Shown piece after piece: positions 1 through 11,497 of a stretch of DNA of 64,000 nucleotides. The stretch's first letter is position 1; each line of letters begins with the position of its first letter. Made by a program: the position numbers and the translations under genes. The stretch is from Glycera tridactyla (lineage: Eukaryota): assembly GCA_965644265.1 (NCBI GenBank), contig OZ286459.1, positions 52,080,001 to 52,144,000 of the forward strand. The letters run 5' to 3'. The notes beneath the pieces are model-generated. The model worked only from the letters and a program-made list of their open reading frames with translations, searched no databases and was not told the DNA's origin.

Positions 1-2088
1 TACTGTTTGAGCATTTAGCTTACGATAATCACAAACCAGCCGGTATTTTACAGGACTGGATGGAGAGATCCCTTTCTTTCTAACCAAGAACACTGGACAT
101 GACCAAGTGCTTTCAATACTTGGCTCAATAATGTGGTCTTTGAGCAATTGCTCAATTTGCCTATCCATTTCCTTTTGACCTTCCAGATTAAGACGGTAAG
201 GCCTTTGACGGTATGGTTTAGCACCAGGTAACAGTTTGATTTGATGCTGCACATGGTTGACAGTCCTCATTTCATTTGTATTAAGTGCAAAACAAGAGCG
301 GTTGTTTTCAAGCGATTGTATTAATTGCTGTTTTCTTTCCATTGTTAGATGGTCCAAAGGCAGCATGGAATTCCAATCAGGATATTGATAATTGACAGGT
401 TCTGATGGAATATCTTCCACCACCGCATGCTCAGTGAACACCCAGTCATGATCTAAAGAAGGTGAAATGGTCACATCTGTTTGAGTAGACATAGTAGTTC
501 GAGATTCTGAATTTATGTTATAGACATATGTAGGGGTGTCTTTGGGTGAGATATCTTCAGGAAAGTTTCTATTGTGAGGGAGTGGATCTAAGCAATATGC
601 CTCTCTGTGCTTTTCTGGTAAGCCTGTGACCTCCATAATGTCCTCTGTATTAAATGGTTCACAGTATGCAATTACTTCTCTATTACTGAAATACATGGGT
701 TGATCAGTGTTGTTTATTACTGTAGCTAGAGAGATGTTATCTTTGAAAATTGTTTCAAGATCAAAATCCGCTGCCAGCTCAGACTTGTGGCAATATTGTG
801 GCTTAACAAAAATTGCCACTGATTGGTGGTCTTGAGTGTCCCATTTGGTGTGTAAATACCATTTTTCATCAAATTTGTAAGCACGAATGGCTTCAAATGT
901 GCCTGAAGGTGCTTTGACTGGCACTTTTGCTATGCTGCGTGGGTTTATATTTATGCAGTCAACTGGGGCCAGAGGGAAGCGAAACTGCCAGCCTTTATTA
1001 GGTATAAGTAACGCGGCTACCAATCCATCATTCAAAATTTATTTATTTGTTGCAAAATTCAAGGATGCACTATTATTTGTTAAAAACGGCATTCCAAGGA
1101 AGATGGGAAAAGGCAAATTTTCAAGCACATGACATCCTATGACTGTATTGAATCTTTTGATTGAAATGGGAATAGTGCATTTCCCATGATGACCCAAATT
1201 CCTTCCTGAAGCATCTTCATAAGTTTGCTTATCTGCGGTGTGTAAGCGAACATCATGAGTTGCAGATATTTGATCAAAAAGATGTTTGGATATGCAGTTA
1301 ATAGCTGCGCCTGTGTCAACCAAGGCCATGATATCTTGTTTAAACAATTTGACTAGAACAGTATTTCCGGTTAGAGTGACATCATCAGAAATGTGGAAGA
1401 CTTCTGTATCTTCTTCTCGAATAGTTTCTACTAAGATTGGAGTGAGCCACTTATATTTGTGGTCACCCTTGGGGGAGTGAGAAGACAGGTTGGACTGGAT
1501 GTTCAAAGGCATAGGCGGCATATTGAAAAAGTCCAAGGACTGTAGCCAACATTCATTTATACAGAACAATACAAAATCAATGTAACTTACAATCGGTAAT
1601 TCCACACAGGTATGGTCTGGTTGTAAATTCAGGTTATTACAGTGTAATGCTGTCAATATATCCTCACTGTCAGCGAGTTTTTCTCCCGCCGGTGACCAAA
1701 AGGTGTCTTTAGTGACAGCCCATTCTCCAGGTGTGGTCAGTTTGACCTCCAGTGGAATAGTGACTGTGGTCTGAGTTGGGCCATCTATGGCTATGTTTAA
1801 CACCGGCTTTAGTGAGTTGACAGAGGGTACATTTGCATTTTCCATATTGTCATTGACCGAAAATACAGAAAATTCATCACAATGCAGTAAATCAGTTTTC
1901 CCTACATTTGAATCAGCATTGATATTTACATTCGTATCAGGCACAACAGAAATAGACATATCATCACAAATATCTTCAATAACTACATCTACAGGTTTAA
2001 CAGCTTCATCAATGGGCGGGATCTTTGGGTTTGCTTTGTTACTAACGTCTGACTTGTGTTTGCCATTCGATGGATGAGGAGCAACTTT
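1..2088 (-). pseudogene. pol: Gypsy Pol N-terminal part: aspartic protease, spacer, start of reverse transcriptase
   Basis: ALVDTGAAINCI protease motif in ORF 1039..1959. The frame is the same as gag, is open from 2088 to 1042, has TAA at 1039-1041, then is open for 346 codons to base 1 (decoded by hand), ending YRLVCDYRKLNAQTV. Confidence 0.88.
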
Positions 2089-3389
2089 CTATGTGGTCCA
2101 TTTTAACCTAGGGCATCCAGGGGCTGAATGACCATGGTTTTGACACAATTGGCATGTTATGGATGATTGATTTGATTGACTATTGGTCGTAAACCCAGAT
2201 CCAGCCCTTTGATTAAGTTCTCTTTTCAGAGTGCGGCATTCATATTTGCAGTGTCCCTTTTTACCGCAATGGTAACACAAGCCTTGAAATTTAGTTTTGG
2301 TTTGGTTGCCAGCCGATTGATTTTTGTCAGAAGTGAAATGGTCCTTACCTGACGTATCTGAAAATGACACATTTCTTTCACGACTTCTGGATCTTGGTCT
2401 TCCTCTGAAATCCTTTGTTGCTGCTGTCACGGCTGCTACGATCTTATCGTCCAATGTTTCAGTAAATTGTCTTATCGTATTCTCCATTTCATTGTTTTTG
2501 GATAGAAGAGGAAGCAGTTTTTCAGTAACTGCAAGCACTGTTTGGTCGATATTTGGCTGTATCATGCAGCTAGCATCCCCAGCTGCTACTGCAGCTGCTG
2601 TGATTTTCTCAACAGTGTCCGCACCTTGTTGCCATACTACACTCTGGATATGAGGTAATAATCCGGTACGTATAAGAGTCACCAATTGTTTGTGTTGGGC
2701 AGGCGATAGCGGTTGATTTTGTGATAGTAGATGTGCTTCTCTGAAGTTTTGTTCGACTTTTAGGATGAACTTCTTCGCTGGTTCCGAAGGATGTTGTTTC
2801 AACTTTGTGAGTTCTATTTGAGCCATTTCTTGCTCACGTGGCGATTTACCAAATTGTTTCAAGAATGCATCTTTGAGGAGCACCTTACACTGCTTAATGT
2901 CATCAGACAGGCCAGAAGCCCATTTTGCTACAAGGATGTCATCCAGGTTGTGTTTGAATAGTTTGTAGTATTCCTCGCTGGGAACATTTTCATCACGGCA
3001 AGCCTCATCGACTAGAGCCCACCATACTGCAGCGTCATTTTCCTGAGAATAGGAAGGTACTTTGACCATTTTCGAAGGTTATGCGACTGTGATGCTGTGT
3101 TTAATTTAGCTGCGTCCGTATTTAGTTGCGTGGCATTTGTGAGAGCTGCCAATATTTTGTTCAGCACTTCAGTGTCAATGTTCGCAGAAGTTGATTGAGC
3201 ATCATTGCCAGAATTAGTAGCCATGTTGGCTCCAGTGTTTTTACTAATAAGTGGTCGATGTGTAGGAGTATACATAGGTTGTATCAAAGGCAATGTTAAT
3301 GAGTTTGAGGGAATCAAAGCATTTTTCCCTGACTTTGTTCGCGAACGAGTAGCAATAGAATGTGAGGAGTTTGCCGACTCCTCTGACAT
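2089..3389 (-). pseudogene. gag: Gypsy Gag (capsid-like region plus two Zn knuckles), frameshifted near 3070
   Basis: ORF 2089..3069 has CYHCGKKGHCKYEC and CQLCQNHGHSAPGC. The N-terminal part (ATG 3389) is in the 3012..3425 frame; adding one A at CGA-AAA-ATG (~3070) joins the two. Confidence 0.8.
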
Positions 3390-3408
3390 GGAAAATAAAT
3401 GAAAAAAA

Positions 3409-3424
3409 CCCCGGATTCTCACCA
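3409..3424 (-). promoter_or_regulatory. Primer-binding site, tRNA-Ala-like
   Basis: Minus strand reads TGGTGAGAATCCGGGG 3 nt after the LTR end. It resembles the complement of tRNA-Ala 3' ends (TGGTGGAGA...CGGG) with one G missing. Confidence 0.6.
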
Positions 3425-3427
3425 ATA

Positions 3428-3821
3428 TGTCAGCATGTAAATCCTAGCTGGTCATCGGGATCATACAAACATCAATCTATAGAGGCTAGAGTGAGAAGCC
3501 AGATGAAGTAGTATCCATAGGTGAAGTGCTGGGAATACTCATAATACCTGGGATCCAATAAGATAAAAACTCCAACAATGAGTCCTGGCACCCTACTCAT
3601 TTATTGAAACATAGTACTGTGTGGTATACAATAGCTATGCCCAATACTGCTGGAGGCTGGGGGATGATGGAGAGAGACTGATGTGGATGCTCCTAGTCCC
3701 AGATCCCGAGTGTCCTGAACTCCAAAAATGCCTCTCATTTTATAGTGAGGTCCTACCCCAATCATCATCCATTGCTCACAGCAGTAATGGGCTTACCCTG
3801 ATGGATTATTATAAACTGACA
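3428..3821 (-). repeat. 5' LTR (394 bp) of the Gypsy element
   Basis: Perfect 6-bp inverted ends (tgtcag 3428-3433, ctgaca 3816-3821). On the minus strand TATAAAA (3738-3744) precedes AATAAA (3600-3605), and the PBS lies 3 nt beyond the terminal CA. Confidence 0.8.
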
Positions 3822-3896
3822 TGCTTTGATGAGTGTTGATTATAGTGGTGTCACCCCTCAGATGTCAAGTGGATGACAATGCTCACTGAGCCTATT

Positions 3897-3999
3897 AACA
3901 CCCCCCGATACAGGTGGCAGGTGAGCAGAGGTAACACCCCCCGATACAGGTGGCAGGTGAGCAGAGGTAACACCCCCGATACAGGTGGCAGGTGAGCAG
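3897..3999. repeat. 36-bp minisatellite, ~3 copies
   Basis: aacaccccccgatacaggtggcaggtgagcagaggt begins at 3897, 3933 and 3969. Confidence 0.95.
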
Positions 4000-4734
4000 C
4001 TAATTGACCCCTGATGCGGGCCAAACGTACGATAGATGTATCGGCGGTTTTTACCGATCTAACATCAACATCTTGTGTATTGTCATCCTTCTCGTTGTTG
4101 TCTCCTTGATCAACATCATTTCCCTCTCTTTCTCACTCGTTCTTATCATTATTGTGATTGCCGTTGACTTCGTTGTCATAATCGCCATCATCACGGTTGT
4201 CAACGTCGCTCGCCAGGGCACATTCATGGTTCTGTTACTAGTAATCTCACGATTATGGAGATTTTCCCCTATTTTTGCTTGCATGATTGGTTCAGTGGGT
4301 AATTAGAATTTCACAGTTTCCCGTGACCTGTGCTCAGCAACGCCCTCCCACTCACAGATTTGTTTTAAATGGCTGATGGGTATCAATATGTGCCCTGTCT
4401 GTGTGTGTGTGTGTATGTGTGTGTTTGTTTGAGGAATATTTGAAACAAGAAATGTCTTCAAAAAGAAGACTTGTCGACGATTTACAGTGGAGAGGTGGTA
4501 ATTTAAAAGGAGAAATGCATGTATGGGTCTTTCGGGCACATTGATGCAGATTTCATGTGCCATTTCGGATTTGTGGGTGCCTCAAACAATGTTATCATAT
4601 CAAAGTATGGAAAATTCCATGTGCCTTCTGGTTTGATGTGCCCTTTCAAAACTTTATGTGCCATTTGCCACAGGGCACAGGATAAAGTTATCCCTGAGGA
4701 CTGCATAAAAATGGGAGAAACCGTTCGTTGTGGT

Positions 4735-4826
4735 GATGGTGGTGGTGGTGGTGATGGTGATGGTCAAAGAGAGACGATGACGACGATGACGCCGACGGCC
4801 GCGACGACGACCGCGACGACGACGAA
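4735..4826. repeat. (GGT)n/(GAC)n trinucleotide microsatellite
   Basis: Direct reading of the sequence. Confidence 0.9.
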
Positions 4827-5859
4827 GACACAGGATGTCATTTTTTCAATTCTTTATTTCCTCTCTGAAAACGAGAGTGAAAATTAGGCTTGTCCCCATT
4901 TCTCAATGTGAGAACTGTAGGCCTCGACGAATGAGATGCCACACGTGACAAAAATGTACAGAAAACCTGGACATAGCTTCGTTTTCAGTTGATGGATCAT
5001 CTGGCCGCATTCATGTACGGTGCGCGGCTACAGTTAATAGAAACGTCAAGTAGGGTAGTTGTTTCTGATGCCCAAGTGTCATCTAGATCCCACTCACTCT
5101 TAATCTTTGTTCAACTTGTAGAAAAATGTATATTTTGTGTGTTCGTTACGAGAATAAGGCGGTTCTACCGATAGTTTCTGGAAAAATGACTTTCAAAGGC
5201 ACGAAAAGAGCATCATCGTGTGAGAAAATCAAGATGGCGGCATTTGTTCACTCCACGCTGTTATGACGTCATGGAGGGTTTTCCCCAATAAGATATTTTC
5301 TTTTTGAAAGTCACTTATCAACAATATCCAAATTTAGCAGTGTTTCACACAATGATAAATGGTTTTCACACATTTTGCTTATTTTTTATGCAGTTTTGGT
5401 TTGATTCTGATGATTTCATACCAACCGTTTACAAATGGTAGCCCACAGATCATGTGAGTCAAACGTAGTCAAATTGCTCCACAGAATGGACGATAGTGAT
5501 GTCTAGAATGAGTGGGAATCCCAAAGTGAAAACAGTACCGTCTCCGACAGAAAAATTGTCTCCCATCAGAGGGAAGTCTCTCGTCACAGGTTTCCCTGAC
5601 TGTATCGGGAGATTAACAATTACACATCTCCATCGCACCCCTCTCCGCACGCACCCACTCCCTATGAGGCGTTGAGTAGGGTACTATGCATGATCAGTGA
5701 AGCGTGTAAGACAGGACAAACTGCCATAGCCATCGCGTACCCTCCCCCCCTCCACCCATCCCACCCGCACTCTCCTTTCATCTATCGTGAAGAAGCTTTG
5801 TTTTAAGATAATGTCCGAGATCAGTGATGCGTGTCGACAGGATACAAGTAATCGCCACC

Positions 5860-6009
5860 NNNNNNNNNNNNNNNNNNNNNNNNNNNNNNNNNNNNNNNNN
5901 NNNNNNNNNNNNNNNNNNNNNNNNNNNNNNNNNNNNNNNNNNNNNNNNNNNNNNNNNNNNNNNNNNNNNNNNNNNNNNNNNNNNNNNNNNNNNNNNNNNN
6001 NNNNNNNNN
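5860..6009. other. Assembly gap (150 N)
   Basis: Run of N. Confidence 1.
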
Positions 6010-6209
6010 GTGACTGGCGAGGAATGAATCATGTATTCATTTCAATATCACAAGGATCTATCCATGATCTACTCATCAAAATTGAAAAAATGAATGCCGT
6101 TCACGAGGTACTTGAGAAATATCGGCTTAGTAGATATGTTGATCTCAGAGTTATAAGGGTCTATGCGCCAAATAAGAAGGAGCTATGTGACATCTGTTGA
6201 AGAATCATG

Positions 6210-6610
6210 TGGCGATTAGAAGGGGCTAAGCGCCATTTGGCTTGTGCTGTCGATTACGCACGAAGTGGATAAACCCTTAGCACTCAATTCGGTTGTTAGT
6301 TGATAGATAGATACACATATTCCAGAAACTTGTGTAGTTTCATTGAATATCTCGAATCACATATGCCCTTCTGAGACTGAAATGCTCCTTCTACAGCGAG
6401 GATTAGAAGGGGCTAAGCACCAAATGATATATAATTTTCTGTTTTTATCACATAATCAAATATTTCATATACCATCCAATGTGATATGATACACTACATA
6501 CTTCATATCGTTTTTATGGGTAGTCCCAGTGTTATTTTTTTTTTGCCATTTACTCAAAACTACCGTGATGGCGCTTAGACCCTTCTAATCGCCAAGGGAC
6601 GATATTGACA
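6210..6610. mobile_element. DNA-transposon terminal segment with internal inverted repeat (Academ-like end), copy A
   Basis: ggcgattagaaggggctaagcgcca (6211-6235) is inverted to tggcgcttagacccttctaatcgcc (6569-6593) with 24/25 identity. The segment is homologous to 8150-8572. Confidence 0.55.
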
Positions 6611-6639
6611 TTTATAAGCAGGGGATCTTCTTTGTTCTT

Positions 6640-8572
6640 ATCGTGTCTCACAGGAGAAGTTTAAGATGATGCATGTTGTTTTTCACTGCATTATACAGCA
6701 AAAGCTATTAAAGGGCCATGGCAATTCTGGGTTTAGCTGATCTGTGATCATGTTGGCCCTCCTAGTATCATTCCCACCAGTGAGATGATGATACTGAATA
6801 CTACTGACAACCAGATGAAAATGAGCCAGTAGAGTCATACTTCTCATAGAATATTTGTTTTCGAACAATCTGGGCTGCTCTGGCCAGATTAATTGCTCCC
6901 GAATTTTCCTGAATGGCATTGCCATACCCTGCTCGAAGATTAGCAACAACTTCCCACTCAGCTACTCTGTCCCAAAACCAAGAATGCTGCAACAACCATC
7001 CTTTGAAATATCATGTAGAATAAATTCCAATGCTGTCTGACATAGATTCCTGTAGCTCACTGAGTGGTGTAGCATACATTCCAACTGGTTCAGACAGCTT
7101 GAATAGAGGCATGATACTTTCTTTCCTCCAAGGATTCTTCAATCTAAATGACTTGTTCACCAAGCAAGTACTAAGTAGTGAATCTCTCATACCATTTACT
7201 CTGTTGTTCCATTTTGTGAGCTCTGAGCCAGTTACATAAGTCAGTGGGACATGATAGATGATACATAGTATCAATTGCCTCTATGTAACAAGGTGAGGAA
7301 TTGGCTAAGGATCAGAGTCACAGAACCTAGTTGCAAATTATCTCACACTCGAATTGATGTTTGTTTTGCAGCAGTATATCTGTATAAGATACAACGCCAC
7401 TAGGAACAGGCTTAAAGACCCCCCACCAAGTCACATGATTGGTGTGCATATAGAATTATCCAAACATAGCACTGTGGGTTGCAGTTGTACACTATACACA
7501 AAGTATGGAATTTCTCACCAAATTAAATCTGTCCCTATGTGCTCTATCATAACTTGTTCAAACAATCATCACTTCCCTATCATCTACATGGTAGATTTGG
7601 ATTTTTTGGCTTTTGAAGTGTACATTAAAATGCCAAAATAATTTTTTCTGGGTAGTGAAAATATCGCACAGTGGTAAATCAAGAAATTTGATTTTGGCCA
7701 TTTTGTTTTTTAATCCTATCCATGTTTATCGAAGAAGTAACCACTCAATCAGAATATATTTTAGGTAGCTGTAGATGATAGGAATGTTCGAAGTTATTGA
7801 TTCTATGAAGAACGTAGATAGAGAACAACTCAGTAAGTAGACTGCATCAGTGGCTTGGCGTGAGCGGCAGGGGAATCTTCCGGATTATATCATGCTAACA
7901 AAAGCTGAATAATATGAATATAAACTTGAATATTCACATTATAGCCCTACAGACGACTCTGTCCTATGGAGAAAACCAGAGATATTTTCGTTAGAAAATA
8001 TCTCCTTCGCAGTGACTTAACAGTGTCCTGTCGGTGTAATCCCAACGAATTTCGATGCGCTCCTCAGTTTTGTTGCAGTCCTATTTGCATAAGAAGGGCC
8101 TAAGCGCCAGATGATAAGGAGCCAAGCGACATCAGTTTCGGGATCTCGTGGCTATTGGAAGGAGCTAAGCGCCATTGAGCTTCTATCTTCAAGAATGAAT
8201 GAAGTGGATGATTCTAACTACTTATTCCAGTTACTTGGTGTGCAGATGAATGCATCTTGACCGAAAAGTGATGCCCAAATGAAGAATTTCTCAAATTACA
8301 TATTCCCTTCTGAGACTGAAACGTTCTCGATAGTGTAATTATTAGTAGGGTCTAAGCGCCAATTGATGTTTATTTTCATGTTTCGCCTAAAGATCCAAAT
8401 ATTTGAGATGTTATATGGTAAGTTATGCTAATTTAAATACCCCATACCCTTTTCGAGAGAATCTGAGAGTTAGCAAGAGAGATATGTACAAAAACATGTT
8501 TTTGACGATTTACTCGAAACCACCGTGATGGCGCTTAGCCCCTCCTAATCGACAAGGGATGATATCGTCCTA
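6640..8572 (-). mobile_element. Academ-like DNA transposon remnant: terminus plus decayed N-terminal transposase
   Basis: The terminus reads 5'-TAGGACGATATCATCCCTTGTCGATTAGGAGGGGCTAAGCGCC on minus from 8572. A minus-strand peptide IYST*YFKGWLLQH...AINLARAAQIVRKQIF...GSFSSGCQ (6800-7030) resembles the large Academ(X)-type transposase from recall. Confidence 0.5.
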
Positions 8573-9989
8573 TGTAGTATTCAATAGGACGGACGGATAC
8601 CATCTCATGAATATGCAAAAGGCTGCTGAAGCGCTGCGACAGTTTTCTTACGAAACCGTCCTATAGTCTGTTCGTTTGCATTTGTGAGCCTCTTGGCTAC
8701 ACGAAATATAGATAGTAGAAATGGATTCTTTGACCCTTGAAATGTATGATGTCAGAATCAACTTTCTAGGTTGGATAGAGATGAAATTATCATGAATTTT
8801 GATTTTTCATGGTAGCCATTTTGAATTTCAAGATGTTGGCTATATACCTAATAGTTTGGGATGGCTACCTCCTCTTAAATGAATTTATACATCATCAGGA
8901 ACCTACATGCCAACTTTCATACTTTTGTCACAATGTGCACAATTTTTCCCTTTAGCTGCTGGACTATTTCGCCTTCCTTCGAGTGGGAAATAATGGCTTG
9001 ATCTCGTGCACCCAACCTTGATTTTATCATATTGATTGGTTCAATCACGTTAACCAAGATGGACTTGTGCCTGAGCACTTGACACACACCATATGTATTG
9101 AGTGCCAACTAGTGTGTGTCAGCTTCTGTGTCACACATCACCATATTCATCGCCTTGATAAGCTTTTCCAGCCCCTTTGATTCATAATTGTTTATTTTTG
9201 GTAGGCTGTGAGCCTAACCTGTATGAAATCGAATAAAATACGACCACCTGCTTTCATGCTGGAGCAATAACCTAATGATGATAGCGGCCCTTGACTAAGT
9301 GTTACACTTTCCGAAATGTTTCAGTCAGAGAACAGATACTCAAGTCGTTAATGCAGTTTTAACTGATCACAGAAATGAATATTGGAGGTTCGAATAAGAG
9401 CGAGATACAATACATACCAATCAAATGAGATATGGAAAACTATATATCAATTGATAGAACACTTCATGGGCATAGATATCATATGTTTTATGGTCACCAA
9501 GGATAGCTTGGCAACCGTTGCTATGGCAACGAATGCCAGGCAGATATTCGATTTTAAGACATTTTGGCATGGCGCAATGCCGATTTACATTACAGTGGGT
9601 CATATTTGGTGTCAATTCATTCATTTATCATTGCATTCAATCAGACACCTGGCACAATTTTTGATCTGGCCTTAGAATTTCTGCAATTCACATTTTAGTG
9701 TGAAATTGAAGCTCAGATTTCTCAATTTTCACCATGAAAATAGATTTTTTCAAGGATATATTGCCTAACTCAAAATTGTGCCAATGTCAAATTGTCGACC
9801 TCAATGAGTTGCACATTTCTATACCAAACATGGATGAAATCATGCAGTATTGGCATTGCGCCAGGCCCTGATAGGGAAAAATTCATGATAAAATCTGATT
9901 TCGTTGTCATGGCAACCAGTCAAGTGTTGACAACGGCCAGTAGGATTTATCATCAGCAGTTAGCTCAGGTTCTGATCGATAAGAAAATG

Positions 9990-11497
9990 TATCATTGTTT
10001 GTACTTTCCAGGTAATGGTTGGATGATATTCAGACCATAGCTGAACCCGTTCATGAATTTTCGAGAATTGGTGAAAACAGCATTAATCACTTGAGTACCT
10101 TTCCGTCGTTCTGGAAGAATGGAGTTACCACACCTCTTCCCAAAACGAGAAAATCCACAAAAGCAAGCCATTTCAGACCAATATCAGTCCTTTCTTGCCT
10201 TGGTAGATTGGTCGAAAGTCTAAAATTATACATGATCAATGTTTAATGATCGACAACAACGTAGTGTCGAGGGCCCAGTCTAGGTTCAAGGAGTACCACT
10301 GAACCGTAACATGCCGGCCAGTTTCACAGAGAGCATCTATGATGCAATGGACACTAGCCAAATGGTAGGAATGGTCTTTTTTGACCTGGCAAAAGCCTTC
10401 GACACTGTCGATCATGACTTGCTGATGGATGATCTATATAATTTCGGCTTTAGCACACCAGCCACTCACTGGGTCAAAAGTTATCTCAGCGAGAGAATGC
10501 AAGCTACGAAACTAAATCATTCGAAGTTGTATATTAGACAGGAGAAATGCGGTGTACCCCAATGGTCGATCTTGGGTCCCCTTTTCATCTCGCTCTTAAT
10601 TAATTCCTTGCTAGATGTCTTAGAGGTCTCTGAATTTAATGTACGCAGATGACACTGCAATTTATGTCACAGGTGAAAATGTCAAATGTCAATCTACAAT
10701 GTGCTAAATTCAGATATGAATAATCTAGAACTTTCGATCGAAAATGTTGAGTTTGAACAAGTCAAAATCAAACTGCATGTTATTTGGGATGCGCCAAAGA
10801 CTTGACATGGATAAGAATCACTCGGAATAAGTGGGCAATACACTCTCCCTGGAACGAGTCAAGACCACAAAGTATTTAGGCCTCATTCTGAATCCAGCTC
10901 TGTCTTTTAGGCCCCATCTTGATAAAGTGAATAAAGATCTCTGGAATCACACTGCCCAGTTAAGAATAAATAGGAGGCTTATGAGTTTAGATTGTGCCAG
11001 AAGATTATCGTTGTCTGTGATTCTCACCCCTATGAATCATGGTAATGCTATTCATGGAGGGGCAATGGACAGTGTGTTAGAGATAGGGGCTATCGAGAAC
11101 TTCTCCGAACCATTTAATGACCGATTTTCCTTGTACATATAACGATCTCACAGATGCCTGGTCTCAATCAATCATGGTGTCACTTGTCAGATATGTCTGT
11201 ATATATGATGTGCTTTTTTGATTTGACCTACTCGTCATCTGTAATCGGGCTCATAATATATCGCTACGATAAGCCGCCATATATTGAAATTGCAAACCAG
11301 CCTCATTCCCTATACCTTTAACAGTTTTCATGCTAGTATATGTAAGTGCGTGTTGAACTCCACTGGTCAATCTACCTAGAGTCGAATTACTTGATATGTC
11401 GTTTGCTGTAAAGATCCTCGAGCCCCCATATTACAGGCAAGCTTCCGTGGCGAAAGACGTCGAATAAAATATTATGTTAGGTCATGTTATGTTATGT
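9990..11497 (+). mobile_element. 5'-truncated CR1/L2-type LINE, decayed RT and 3' tail
   Basis: FPSFWK...FRPISVL, MVFFDLAKAFDTVDH and CGVPQWSILGPL across fragmented ORFs 10019-11142. AATAAA and a (TGTTA)n tail lie at ~11463-11497. Confidence 0.85.

Larger units (their letters stand above)
1..3821 (-). mobile_element. Ty3/Gypsy LTR retrotransposon, 5' half (LTR-PBS-gag-pro-RT start); continues beyond the left window edge
   Basis: The LTR has TGTCAG...CTGACA ends and is followed by a PBS. Gag has CCHC knuckles, the protease has DTG, and the RT N-terminus (RQRPYRL...WSCPVFLVRKK...YRLVCDYRKLN) runs off position 1. The order PR-RT is gypsy-type. Confidence 0.92.

Noticed and set aside
5778-6200. 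ORFs spanning the N run
   Set aside because: Artefacts of translating an assembly gap.
7666-7680. CACAGTG heptamer suggesting a Transib/RAG-type end
   Set aside because: Single short motif with no partner TIR, nonamer or transposase.
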